From positions 46,745 through 110,744 of the forward strand of contig CAKNZJ010000249.1 of the NCBI GenBank assembly GCA_932222125.1: 64,000 bases of DNA. Reading direction: 5' to 3'. Within the stretch, counting starts at the first letter, position 1; every line of letters starts with the position of its first letter. The notes below the pieces were generated by a model. That model made no database searches and was not told the DNA's origin. It worked only from the letters and a program-made list of their open reading frames with translations. This stretch comes from an uncultured Clostridia bacterium (lineage in GTDB: Bacteria; Bacillota; Clostridia; Oscillospirales; Oscillospiraceae). Positions 1 to 8,987 of the stretch are shown here, piece after piece. The translations under genes and the position numbers were made by a program.

Positions 1-2
1 GT

Positions 3-809
3 ATGGTGCAAGGAGTGGCTGAGTTTCTGCCCATATCCAGCTCAGGGCATCTGTCCTTACTGCAATACTTTTTTGGCATGGAGGAGCCGGACAATCTCTA
101 CACCATTCTGCTACACTTTGCCACACTGATCGCTGTGTTCGTGGTGTATCGCAAGGATATCCTGGAAATGATTCAGGAGTTTTTTAAATTCATAGGAACC
201 CTATTCTCTGGCCGTGGCGGTCGAGAAAAGGAGCCGCCGGAAGCGAGGCGGATGGTGCTGCTGCTGATTGTGGCTACCCTTCCCCTGTTTTTGGTGCTGC
301 CAATAGAAAGTATGGTAGAGGGGCTTGGGAGCAGCCCCGTGTTTGTGTCCATTGCCCTAATCGCAACCGGGTTTATCCTGTTTGGCGCGGATCGCCGGGG
401 GGGAGGTTCAAAGGGGGCCCGCTCCATGACGGTGGTGGACGCTGTGCTAGTGGGACTGGCCCAGGGGATAGCCACCATTCCCGGTCTGTCCCGGTCGGGC
501 ACTACCATTTCAGCCGGCATGGCGCTGGGCCTGGAGCGGAAGCTGGCCGTGCGTTTTTCCTTCCTGCTGTCCCTGCCCGCGGTGCTGGGAGCCACCCTGC
601 TGAAGGTGGTCAAGGCCATTGGCGGCACTGGAATTGACCCGGAATTGCTGCCAAAATACCTGGTGGGCATGGTGGTGGCCGGCGTGGTGGGCTATTTTTC
701 CATCCAGCTGGTGAAACTGCTGGCGGAGAAGGGTAAGTTTGGCAATTTTGCCTACTACTGTTGGATTGTTGGCGCCATTGCCCTGGTGTCCAGCTTTGTC
801 AGGGGCTGA
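3..809 (+). CDS. uppP: undecaprenyl-diphosphate phosphatase (UppP/BacA), N-terminus cut by window edge
   Basis: ORF is open to the window start. It has the motif AEFLPISSSGHL and a multi-pass hydrophobic profile typical of UppP. Confidence 0.85.
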   Translation: MVQGVAEFLPISSSGHLSLLQYFFGMEEPDNLYTILLHFATLIAVFVVYRKDILEMIQEFFKFIGTLFSGRGGREKEPPEARRMVLLLIVATLPLFLVLPIESMVEGLGSSPVFVSIALIATGFILFGADRRGGGSKGARSMTVVDAVLVGLAQGIATIPGLSRSGTTISAGMALGLERKLAVRFSFLLSLPAVLGATLLKVVKAIGGTGIDPELLPKYLVGMVVAGVVGYFSIQLVKLLAEKGKFGNFAYYCWIVGAIALVSSFVRG

Positions 810-853
810 ACGGCTGTGTCTGTTCACTTTACATGTGGAAATGGAGAAGGATT

Positions 854-3445
854 ATGGCCTCTTCACAACGGAAAAGTGGGTCCTCCGCCGGGCGGGGGAA
901 ACCGCTTGAAAAAAAACAGATTACCAACTCTAAGGGGCGCTCTTGCTCCCGCAAGCCGGCGGCGCCAGGGAAAAAGCCGATCCGTCGGGAGGTGGGGGCG
1001 GTGGTCTGTCTGCTGTTGGCCTTGTTTGGAGGGATCGGCTACTTTAAGACGGACGAAGGGGCGTTTATCGCCCTGTTCTGTAACCTGCTGAAGGGGTTGT
1101 GGGGCTACGGATTTTACATTACCCCGCCCATCCTGTTGCTGGCAGCGTGGATTCTGGCCTTCCACGGTGGAAGGCCAGTCCGGCTGCGGGTGGGGGGGGC
1201 CTTTGTTTTGCCCATGCTAGTGGGGACAATCCTTCATTTGCTGCTGTTCCGTGAGGAGTACCAGGGGGGAGCGGCCATGTTCAGCCAACTCTGGCAGGGC
1301 GGCTTGGCCCTCTCCAGCGGAGGGGTAATCAGCGGATTGCTGGCCGGTGGCTTACAGGCCGCTTTCAGCCTGGTGGGAGCTATGGCGGTGCTTCTGCTAG
1401 CGGGGATAGCTGCCCTCCTGTGCGCCTTTCGGATCACTCCGGCGGATATTCTGGGCTTTGTTAGGGAGCGGCGGGAGAAGCGGGTGGAGTATGATCTGGA
1501 GGAGTATGAACAGCCTGTCAAGCGTTCCAGACAGAGAGAAGCGGATGGGGAGAAGCCGGCGGTCAAGAGCCGTAAGCCAGATATTGACATACCGGTGGAT
1601 GATGGACCTCCGCCGCAAAAGCATCCTGATAAGCCGATAGTCAGATCGGGGAAAAAACGTCTGTTTGACCAGGTGGCGAGGGTAGTAAGTCCCGACAAAG
1701 TGCTTACCGGCAGGCGGGCTTACGATGTGGAGAATGAGGAGATGCCCCCGGCGGCGCAGTCTGATTTGGAGTGGGAGTCGGAGCGTGCTCCACTCTCCCA
1801 AGCGGATCAGCCAATATCCCCTCCCGTCATTCGGGAGCCGGCGGTCACCCAGGAGGAGGTCCGGCAAGCCCAGGAGGAGATAGCCCGTGAAATCGAGGTG
1901 GGGACGGATCAGAACACTGCCTACCGATATCCTCCCATCTCCTTGCTCAACCAGGGCGGCAGTGGGGGAAATTCGGCTGATGGAGAGCTTCAAGCCAATC
2001 AGCAGCGTCTCCAGGAGGCACTGCGATCCTTTGGGGTGGACGCGCACATTGTCAATGTCACCCGGGGGCCCTCCGTCACTCGGTACGAGCTTGAGCTGGA
2101 GCAAGGGGTCAAGCTGAACAAACTCACCAATTTGTCAGATGACATTGCCTTGGCGCTGGGGGCTGCCGCCGTTCGGGTGGCCCCCATTCCAGATAGGATT
2201 TCCACTGTGGGGATTGAGGTGCCAAACCGCCAGGTTAGTCCGGTGGTCATTCGAGAGCTCATTGGATCCAGAACGTTTATCAACAGCCAGTCCAAGGTAT
2301 CCTTTGCCGTTGGCAAGGACATTGCGGGCAACTGCATCGTAGGGGATATCGCCAAGCTGCCCCACATGCTCATCGCTGGCACGACGGGGTCGGGCAAATC
2401 GGTGTGTACCAATGGCCTCATTGTCTCCCTGCTGTACAAGGCTACCCCGGAGGAGGTGCGCCTGATCATGGTGGACCCCAAAATGGTGGAACTAGGGGTA
2501 TACAACGGCATCCCTCACCTGCTCATTCCGGTGGTCACAGATCCGAAAAAAGCGGCAGGCGCCCTGCAATGGGCGGTAAATGAGATGATGAAGCGCTACC
2601 GCATGTTTTCTGAAGTGGGGGCCAAGGACCTAGTCTCCTATAACAACCACGCCCGTAAGGAGGGGCGGGATACCATGCCACAGATCGTGGTGGTGATCGA
2701 CGAGTTGGCCGATCTGATGCTGGTGGCGGCCAAGGAGGTGGAGGAGTCCATCTGCCGGGTTGCCCAGATGGGCCGGGCATCGGGGATGCACCTGATCATT
2801 GCCACTCAGCGTCCATCCTCCGATGTGATTACGGGTTTGATGAAGGCCAATATCCCAAGCCGTATCGCATTTGCGGTTGATTCAGCGATCAACTCACGGA
2901 TTATCCTGGATACCTCTGGGGCGGAAAAATTGGTGGGCAAGGGGGACATGCTCTACGCCCCCCTGGGTAAGGGTAAGCTGCGGGTGCAGGGCTGCTTCAT
3001 CTCGGAGGAGGAAGTGGCCAATGTAGTGGAGTTTATCAAGGAGAGTACCACTGCCCAATATGATGAAACGGTGATGCATGAGATCGAAAAAAATGCTGAA
3101 GAGAAGGAAAAGGGGGGGCATAGTGTTGGCGCTGGTGACTGCGCAGGGGGAGAGGACTATGACCAACTGCTCCCCGCCGCCATTGACGTGGTGCTGGAGA
3201 TGGGACAGGCCTCGGTGTCCATGCTGCAGCGCCGGTTGAAGTTGGGCTATGGACGGGCTGCCCGTCTGGTAGACCAGATGGAGGAGAGGGGCGTGGTGGG
3301 ACCTTTCGAGGGGTCCAAGCCCCGGCAGTTGCTGATTACCAAGGAGCAGTGGCAGGAGATGCAGTATAAGCGGGATATGGTGGCAGTGGTACCTGAGGAG
3401 CCGCCTTTTGAGGAGGATGCGGCGTCCCAGTCCGATGACTCTTGA
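854..3445 (+). CDS. ftsK: DNA translocase FtsK/SpoIIIE
   Basis: ATG 854 lies behind GGAGAAGG; the tracked ORF start at 761 overlaps uppP. N-terminal TM helices, Walker A GTTGSGKS, and a C-terminal winged-helix gamma domain (SMLQRRLKLGYGRAARLVDQME). Confidence 0.9.
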   Translation: MASSQRKSGSSAGRGKPLEKKQITNSKGRSCSRKPAAPGKKPIRREVGAVVCLLLALFGGIGYFKTDEGAFIALFCNLLKGLWGYGFYITPPILLLAAWILAFHGGRPVRLRVGGAFVLPMLVGTILHLLLFREEYQGGAAMFSQLWQGGLALSSGGVISGLLAGGLQAAFSLVGAMAVLLLAGIAALLCAFRITPADILGFVRERREKRVEYDLEEYEQPVKRSRQREADGEKPAVKSRKPDIDIPVDDGPPPQKHPDKPIVRSGKKRLFDQVARVVSPDKVLTGRRAYDVENEEMPPAAQSDLEWESERAPLSQADQPISPPVIREPAVTQEEVRQAQEEIAREIEVGTDQNTAYRYPPISLLNQGGSGGNSADGELQANQQRLQEALRSFGVDAHIVNVTRGPSVTRYELELEQGVKLNKLTNLSDDIALALGAAAVRVAPIPDRISTVGIEVPNRQVSPVVIRELIGSRTFINSQSKVSFAVGKDIAGNCIVGDIAKLPHMLIAGTTGSGKSVCTNGLIVSLLYKATPEEVRLIMVDPKMVELGVYNGIPHLLIPVVTDPKKAAGALQWAVNEMMKRYRMFSEVGAKDLVSYNNHARKEGRDTMPQIVVVIDELADLMLVAAKEVEESICRVAQMGRASGMHLIIATQRPSSDVITGLMKANIPSRIAFAVDSAINSRIILDTSGAEKLVGKGDMLYAPLGKGKLRVQGCFISEEEVANVVEFIKESTTAQYDETVMHEIEKNAEEKEKGGHSVGAGDCAGGEDYDQLLPAAIDVVLEMGQASVSMLQRRLKLGYGRAARLVDQMEERGVVGPFEGSKPRQLLITKEQWQEMQYKRDMVAVVPEEPPFEEDAASQSDDS

Positions 3446-3501
3446 GAGACTGCGATGGAACAAAGGCCGTGGAGCCAAGCTCCACGGCCTTTGTTGATGG
3501 C

Positions 3502-4452
3502 TTACCAGAACCAGCCGCCGGAGGTCCGGTTATCCACCACATCCAGCATGGCGGAGAGCATCCTGGCAGCCTCCGACCGGGTGAGGGGTTGGGACAACTC
3601 CGCTCCGTGGGATAGGACGGACACCGTTTTCATGTTAGCGGCGGCCTGAGCTGCCCAGGCGGGAGCGGGACTCTCGGTGGGATCGGAGCTCACATCTCCG
3701 ATGGCCAGCAGCCGATCAATGATCACAGTCGCCTCGGCACAGGTAATGGCCTCGTCCGGGTGGAATACTACTTGACCCAAGTCATTGTAGCAGCCCCGGA
3801 CAGCGCCCTGTACCAGGGCTGCGGTCACATAGCCTTTGGCCCAGGTGGAGATGTTTTTATCGTCATAGAAACCGGTGAGTGTAACGTTGTCCATTGGGGT
3901 CTCCGCCGCAATGGTCATAGCCAGGGTGAGAAATTCCTCCCGGGTGAAGGTGTCCTCTGGGTCAAAGCAGTACAGGTTTCCCACTTGGCGGCCAACGTAG
4001 ATACCATCTTCCGCCAGATGAAGAGCGGCGTAGTGAGCGGGGTTGCCTGAGAGGTCGGAATAGGTCACCTTAGTGGACTGCTTTTCGATGGTGACCTTTA
4101 CCGTAGCGGGTTGTGAGGTATTGCCCATACTGTCAGTAGCCACGTAGGTGAAGGAATCCTTTCCCTTTTTTCCCTCATAAGGGGTGTACCAGAAGGCGGC
4201 AGGATCGTTTTCGTCCACCGTCACTTGGCCGCGGGCAGGGCTGTCCACCACTTGGAAGGTGACCAGATCCCCCTCTGGATCCACGGCGGCAAACCGGCTG
4301 GAGATGGCCACCCCTTTGTAGGTGGTGAGGGTGAGGTTTTCCGCGATTGGCGCGGCATTTTCCACCTCGGCAGTGGTGAGGGTGAGGGCGGCTACGGGGA
4401 GGGTCAGTGCCCCTGCAAGGCAGAGGGTGAGAATGATGATACGGGGTTTCAC
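3502..4452 (-). CDS. secreted cell-wall protein: Ig/cadherin-like domain plus SLH-like repeats
   Basis: GTG start with AAGGAGG 8 nt upstream. Signal peptide MKPRIIILTLCLAGALTLPVAA, an Ig-like segment, then SLH-like segments (FDPEDTFTREEFLTLAM, LTRSEAARMLSAML). Confidence 0.6.
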   Translation of the reverse strand: MKPRIIILTLCLAGALTLPVAALTLTTAEVENAAPIAENLTLTTYKGVAISSRFAAVDPEGDLVTFQVVDSPARGQVTVDENDPAAFWYTPYEGKKGKDSFTYVATDSMGNTSQPATVKVTIEKQSTKVTYSDLSGNPAHYAALHLAEDGIYVGRQVGNLYCFDPEDTFTREEFLTLAMTIAAETPMDNVTLTGFYDDKNISTWAKGYVTAALVQGAVRGCYNDLGQVVFHPDEAITCAEATVIIDRLLAIGDVSSDPTESPAPAWAAQAAANMKTVSVLSHGAELSQPLTRSEAARMLSAMLDVVDNRTSGGWFW

Positions 4453-4551
4453 AGGGAAATCCTCCTTTTATTTTTGGGAAGGGAATGGGGAATTGCGGCT
4501 AATCATTGACTGTCCCTTCCGCTGGATATATCTGTATCATTTCTCCAAAGC

Positions 4552-4591
4552 AAAAAAATATGCGGGTGTTTCCAAATCTGGAAACACCCGC
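4552..4591 (-). terminator. rho-independent terminator after the SEDS gene
   Basis: 13-bp stem GCGGGTGTTTCCA / TGGAAACACCCGC (4562-4574, 4579-4591) with a T-run on the minus strand. Confidence 0.7.
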
Positions 4592-4632
4592 AATCCTTTG
4601 ATTTGAGGATTGGAGTGCGGTGTAGAGTAGCG

Positions 4633-5868
4633 CTACCGCTGATTCCGGTCTTTTAGCCAGCTGGGCAGAGGGCGCATCTTGATGCCGGATACAATGCCCA
4701 TGGCGATGAACAAGGTCAGGGTAGAGGAGCCGCCGTAGCTAAAAAAGGGGAGGGTGAGGCCAATCACGGGCATAACGTACAGGCACATGCCCACATTGAT
4801 AATGGTCTGGGCCATGAGCATACCGGCGATGCCCATGGAAATATAGGCGGACATGTGGTCTTTGGCCTGTCGGGATACCCAGGCACATCGCAGAATGATG
4901 GCCAGCAGTACCGCCAGTACCAGGCAGCATCCCAGCAGGCCAAACTCCTCACCGCATACAGAAAAGATAAAATCGGTGTGCCGGGCGGGAAGGCTTGCGG
5001 AGGAGGAGGACTGTGTCTGCCGTCCTTGAAGATAGCCTAGGCCGGTGAGCTGGCCAGAGCCGATGGCGATTAGGGAGCGGCTTTGCTGCCAGCCAGCACC
5101 CAGGGGGTCCAGACTGTGGTCAAACACCACCCGAAAGCGCATGATGCGGTAATCGTTCCATAAACGGTCTATGCGGGGGAAAATAAAATTCCAGAGAAAG
5201 ACGATTCCGGCGCAGCCCACACTGCCAAGGCCGATAAACCACCACTTGCTGAGCCCACCTACCCAGGTCATGATGATGAAGATTGCCAGATACACCAACA
5301 CCATGCCGAAATCGCCGGACAATACCACCAGCAGACCGGCAAACAGGCAAACGAGCGCGCCATATCGCAGCAGAGCGGAGAAACGTCCGATGCCGAGGGG
5401 GCGTTCTCGGTTCATGAGCCAGGCCAGCAATACAATAAAGGAGAGCTTGGCGATCTCCCCGGGCTGAAATCCGATGGGGGCCCCGGGCAGATATACCCAG
5501 CTGCGGTTGCCGGTGTTGTCCTCTCTGCCGAATGGGGCGATGAGCAGGATGACCACAACCCCAAGCACCAGAAAAACCCACCACCACTTCTCTATCAGAA
5601 ACTGAATGTCCACGAAGGACATCCAGATATAGACCGCCACCCCAAGCACAATAAACATCCCCTGTTTCAGGACCATGTTGTGCAGAGCTGGATCATAGCG
5701 GGTGGAACTGTAGATCAAGGCAAGCCCCATGACGCTGGCCACAAGGCACAGGACCAGCAGCAGCACGTCAGCCTTTTTAAAAAACTCCTGAAGCGTGCCA
5801 ACAGGCCGCAGGAGCAGGGCCGATAGTGCTGTACACAGGTTCTTTTCCGTTCGTTTATCCGGCCGCAA
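4633..5868 (-). CDS. SEDS family protein (FtsW/RodA/SpoVE)
   Basis: TTG start behind AAAGGAGAG. About 10 TM helices, with a C-terminal GLTLPFFSYGGSS motif typical of SEDS glycosyltransferases. Confidence 0.85.
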   Translation of the reverse strand: MRPDKRTEKNLCTALSALLLRPVGTLQEFFKKADVLLLVLCLVASVMGLALIYSSTRYDPALHNMVLKQGMFIVLGVAVYIWMSFVDIQFLIEKWWWVFLVLGVVVILLIAPFGREDNTGNRSWVYLPGAPIGFQPGEIAKLSFIVLLAWLMNRERPLGIGRFSALLRYGALVCLFAGLLVVLSGDFGMVLVYLAIFIIMTWVGGLSKWWFIGLGSVGCAGIVFLWNFIFPRIDRLWNDYRIMRFRVVFDHSLDPLGAGWQQSRSLIAIGSGQLTGLGYLQGRQTQSSSSASLPARHTDFIFSVCGEEFGLLGCCLVLAVLLAIILRCAWVSRQAKDHMSAYISMGIAGMLMAQTIINVGMCLYVMPVIGLTLPFFSYGGSSTLTLFIAMGIVSGIKMRPLPSWLKDRNQR

Positions 5869-5901
5869 CGGTTTCTCTCCTTTGGCAATAAAACTAGAAA
5901 T

Positions 5902-5936
5902 TAGTATAGCACATTTTTTTTGTATATGCTATACTA
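5902..5936. promoter_or_regulatory. inverted repeat carrying mirrored TATACT -10-like boxes for the divergent SEDS and tsaE genes
   Basis: TAGTATAGCA (5902-5911) and TGCTATACTA (5927-5936) are exact reverse complements. Each strand therefore reads TATACT. Confidence 0.35.
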
Positions 5937-6009
5937 AATAAAAAGTATTTACAAATTGGCCCAATCAGTCTGTCTGATGGGCAGACCGGGGCAGAAGGGA
6001 GTGACGGAC

Positions 6010-6435
6010 ATGGAGTTTGTGACCCACAGCCGCGGGGAGACTGAGGCGCTGGGGAACCGTCTGGCCAGTGGGCTGGCTGCTGGGACGGTGGTGGCCTTTA
6101 CCGGTGATCTGGGGGCGGGAAAGACCGCCTTCATCTCTGGAATGGGGCAGGCTCTGGGTGTGAAGGACCGGGTGACAAGTCCCACTTTCACCATTGTCAA
6201 TGAGTATGAAGGAGGACGCTTGCCTCTGTTTCACTTTGATATGTACCGGATGAACGGTGCTGACGAGTTGTTCCACATCGGATGGGAGGACTATCTGACT
6301 CGGGGAGGCATATGCGCCGTGGAGTGGAGTGAGCATGTGGCCCAGGCCCTGGGGGAAGATGTGGTTCGGGTGTCCATTGGCCGAGGGGATAAGGAAAACG
6401 ACCGGATCATTGTCATTGAGGGGGCAGACTTATGA
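6010..6435 (+). CDS. tsaE: tRNA t6A biosynthesis ATPase TsaE
   Basis: ATG 6010 behind GAAGGGAG. P-loop GDLGAGKT and the SPTFTIVNEY motif. Confidence 0.85.
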   Translation: MEFVTHSRGETEALGNRLASGLAAGTVVAFTGDLGAGKTAFISGMGQALGVKDRVTSPTFTIVNEYEGGRLPLFHFDMYRMNGADELFHIGWEDYLTRGGICAVEWSEHVAQALGEDVVRVSIGRGDKENDRIIVIEGADL

Positions 6436-7154
6436 GGATCATTGCACTGGAAACCTCTGCGGTGGCCGCATCAGTGGCGGTGACGGAGGGGGACAGACTG
6501 ATTGCCCAATCCTTTCAGAACAGCGGCCTAACCCACTCAGCCACCCTCATGCCAATGGTGGCCGGTTTGCTGAATAATGCGGGATTGAAGCTGGAGGATA
6601 TAGAGGTGGTGGCGGTGGCCGCCGGACCGGGTTCTTTTACCGGGGTGCGCATCGGGGTAGCGGCGGCAAAAGGACTGTCTTGGATGGGAGACAAGCCATG
6701 TGCCCCCTGCTCCACCTTGGAATCCATGGCCTGGCAGTGTGCCCATTTGGATGGGGATATCTGTGCGGTGATGGATGCCAGACGAAATCAAGTATACGCT
6801 GCTCGGTTCCAGGCCTGCCAGGGGATGATCACCCGGCTGAGTGAGGATCGAGCAGTTGGGCTGGATGAGCTGGCTGAGGAGGTCAGGAAGCGAGGGGGAA
6901 TGCAAATTCTGGTTGGGGATGGGGCCAAGCTGTGCCATCAGGAGTTTGAGGCACGGGGGATATCAAATCTGCTGATGCCACCCCATTTGCTTTATCAGAC
7001 TGCCTGGGGTGTGGCCCGTGCCGCCCTGCGTCTGGCACAGGAGGGGGGGCTGGTGAGTGGAGAGGTACTGGCCCCCATGTATCATAGGATGAGTCAAGCC
7101 GAGCGGGAGCGGCTGGAGCGCATGAAATCAGTCAATCAAGGAAAGGGGTTTTGA
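6432..7154 (+). CDS. tsaB: tRNA t6A biosynthesis protein TsaB
   Basis: 4-nt overlap with tsaE. N-terminal MRIIALETS and [11 protein letters not shown] motifs. Confidence 0.85.
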   Translation: MRIIALETSAVAASVAVTEGDRLIAQSFQNSGLTHSATLMPMVAGLLNNAGLKLEDIEVVAVAAGPGSFTGVRIGVAAAKGLSWMGDKPCAPCSTLESMAWQCAHLDGDICAVMDARRNQVYAARFQACQGMITRLSEDRAVGLDELAEEVRKRGGMQILVGDGAKLCHQEFEARGISNLLMPPHLLYQTAWGVARAALRLAQEGGLVSGEVLAPMYHRMSQAERERLERMKSVNQGKGF

Positions 7155-7786
7155 TCATGGAAAAGGTACATGTTTTGGATCATCCGCTGTTGCAGCACAA
7201 GCTGTCTATCCTGCGGAATAAGGACACTGGTGTCAAGGAGTTCCGGGAAATTATCTCTGAGGTGGCCGCCTTGGAGTGCTATGAGGCCACCCGAGACCTG
7301 CCTCTGAAGGAGGTGGAGATCAACACCCCTGTAGCCACAGGTAAGTTCAAGGTGTTGGCAGGGAAGAAATTGGCGATTGTCCCCATTCTGCGGGCTGGCT
7401 TGGGCATGGTAGACGGTATTTTGGATCTGATTCCATCAGCCAAGGTGGGGCATATTGGCCTGTATAGGGACCCGGAGACACGTCTTCCCGTGGAATACTA
7501 TTGCAAAATGCCATCCGATATCGCCGACCGGGACGTCATTGTAGTGGACCCAATGCTGGCTACTGGGGGCTCTGCTTCGGCGGCCATTACCTTTTTGAAG
7601 GGGTATGGCTGTAAGAGCATCAAGCTGATGAATGTTATTGCGGCGCCCGAGGGCATTACCTGTGTCCAGAGGGACCATCCGGACGTGGATATTTACGTGG
7701 CCGCAGTGGATGAGCGGCTTAATGACCACGCCTACATCGTTCCGGGGCTGGGAGATGCAGGCGATCGTATTTTTGGAACAAAGTAG
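7151..7786 (+). CDS. upp: uracil phosphoribosyltransferase
   Basis: PRPP-binding loop [11 protein letters not shown] and C-terminal [17 protein letters not shown]. Confidence 0.9.
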   Translation: MIMEKVHVLDHPLLQHKLSILRNKDTGVKEFREIISEVAALECYEATRDLPLKEVEINTPVATGKFKVLAGKKLAIVPILRAGLGMVDGILDLIPSAKVGHIGLYRDPETRLPVEYYCKMPSDIADRDVIVVDPMLATGGSASAAITFLKGYGCKSIKLMNVIAAPEGITCVQRDHPDVDIYVAAVDERLNDHAYIVPGLGDAGDRIFGTK

Positions 7787-7804
7787 GATAAAAGGGATAC
7801 CAAG

Positions 7805-7846
7805 AAAAACGTGTGCGGTGATACTCTCCCGCACACGTTTTTCTTT
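7805..7846. terminator. bidirectional terminator between upp and nrdR
   Basis: Stem AAAAACGTGTGCGG / CCGCACACGTTTTT, with an A-run before and a T-run after. Confidence 0.75.
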
Positions 7847-7863
7847 TGAAGGCAGGAAAAACC

Positions 7864-8367
7864 TTATTTTTCTGCCAATAGCTTGTTCAGTTCTGCCATG
7901 AAGGTGTTGATGTCCCTGAACTGCCGGTAGACGGAGGCGAAACGCACATAGGATACCTCATCCACGTCTTTGAGTTTTTCCATTACCAGCTCACCGATTT
8001 CAGTGCTGAGAATCTCCCGCTCCAACTCATTCTGGAGAGACTGCTCGATCTCATCAGCCAGCCTCTCCAGTGTGGAAGTGGAGACAGAGCGCTTTTCGCA
8101 GGCTTTCAGCATGGAACCCAATAGCTTGTTGCGGTTAAAGGCCTGCCGGCTACCATCCCGTTTCACCACCATGAGGGGAAGACCCTCCACAATCTCATAG
8201 GTGGTAAACCGCTTGTGGCAGACCAGACATTCCCGGCGGCGGCGGATGCTGTTTCCCTCCTCTGCCGGACGGGAGTCCACGACTTTGCTTTCCAATTGGG
8301 CACAGTAGGGGCACTTCACAGTGGCATCATCCTTTTTTGTGAGATGTGGATCAGACTTATTTCTCAT
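7864..8367 (-). CDS. nrdR: transcriptional repressor NrdR
   Basis: Zinc ribbon CPYC...CLVC followed by an ATP-cone. A GTG at 8319 would give the usual (M)KCPYC N-terminus. Confidence 0.9.
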   Translation of the reverse strand: MRNKSDPHLTKKDDATVKCPYCAQLESKVVDSRPAEEGNSIRRRRECLVCHKRFTTYEIVEGLPLMVVKRDGSRQAFNRNKLLGSMLKACEKRSVSTSTLERLADEIEQSLQNELEREILSTEIGELVMEKLKDVDEVSYVRFASVYRQFRDINTFMAELNKLLAEK

Positions 8368-8479
8368 AATACCGTTTCTGCTCCTGGCCTTAGGCCGGGA
8401 GCAGAAGGGATGAAGGTCAAGATAGCGCAGAGGTTTCTATGGGTATTATAGCATAGCTCTTCCCATTTGTGTATCATTT

Positions 8480-8507
8480 TTGAAAAAATTTTTTCTTTAT
8501 GTATAAC
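8480..8507 (+). promoter_or_regulatory. candidate sigma-70-type promoter for the small repeat-peptide gene
   Basis: TTGAAA (8480-8485), a 16-nt spacer, then TATAAC (8502-8507). Confidence 0.35.
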
Positions 8508-8550
8508 CTTGTCAAGGCGGTGGCATACTTGTTAACGTGAGGTGATAATC

Positions 8551-8676
8551 ATGGAGAATCGTAACAACAATTCCGAGAACAAGCAGCAGAATTCCCAGAA
8601 TAAGAAGCAGCAGAATTCCGAGAATAAGAAGAATTCCAACAGCGAGAACAAGAACCAGCAGAACCAGGGCTACTAA
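8551..8676 (+). CDS. 41-aa Asn/Gln/Lys/Ser/Glu-rich repeat peptide (below the 60-aa cutoff of the ORF track)
   Basis: GAGGTG RBS 7 nt before ATG 8551. Translation is MENRNNNSENKQQNSQNKKQQNSENKKNSNSENKNQQNQGY. TAA at 8674, followed by a strong terminator. Confidence 0.55.
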   Translation: MENRNNNSENKQQNSQNKKQQNSENKKNSNSENKNQQNQGY

Positions 8677-8688
8677 GCCCAACCAAAA

Positions 8689-8718
8689 GCGGAGGGCGGT
8701 CTCGCCCTCCGCTTTTAT
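8689..8718 (+). terminator. rho-independent terminator
   Basis: GCGGAGGGCG gtct CGCCCTCCGC followed by TTTTAT. Confidence 0.8.
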
Positions 8719-8738
8719 GCGGAGAGGGGGAGTGTACC

Positions 8739-8930
8739 ATGAGGCAAAAAAAGCCGGATAAAAAATGGCCTGCCGCTCAGGAGCCCCGCTACCGGCAGCC
8801 ACCCTATCATGCCCTGTCTGATATGGTGGCAGGGCGGGTGCAGGCAGGCCCCCAGTCCACACCGCCTCGTTTAGGGACCGATCTGGATCAATGGCAGGAT
8901 CCAGAGCTGTTCCACTCGCCAGAGCTTTGA
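8739..8930 (+). CDS. hypothetical Pro/Gln-rich 63-aa protein (weak call)
   Basis: GGAGAGGGGGAG lies upstream of the ATG and the ORF sits between two terminators. I see no recognisable motif and no promoter of its own. Confidence 0.25.
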   Translation: MRQKKPDKKWPAAQEPRYRQPPYHALSDMVAGRVQAGPQSTPPRLGTDLDQWQDPELFHSPEL

Positions 8931-8940
8931 GCGGGGATTA

Positions 8941-8973
8941 AAAAGGCCGGCCCCATTAGGGGCCGGCCTTTTT
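8941..8973. terminator. bidirectional terminator
   Basis: AAAAGGCCGGCCCC atta GGGGCCGGCCTTTT. Confidence 0.75.
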
Positions 8974-8987
8974 GATGTTTTAGGAGC

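Noticed and set aside
761-853. Upstream extension of the ftsK ORF overlapping uppP
   Set aside because: ATG 854 has a proper GGAGAAGG RBS, and the extension is Cys/Trp-rich junk overlapping the uppP 3' end.
8569-8665. Short DNA repeats (AATTCC-initiated units), considered as a CRISPR or other non-coding array
   Set aside because: The units are 18-24 nt, contiguous, without spacers and strictly in frame. They are coding repeats, not a CRISPR array.
8512-8862. 116-aa minus-strand ORF with a Leu/Ile-rich 'transmembrane' segment
   Set aside because: It is the antisense shadow of the AAT/AAG/CAG repeat gene at 8551-8676. It runs straight through that gene's terminator hairpin and has no RBS.
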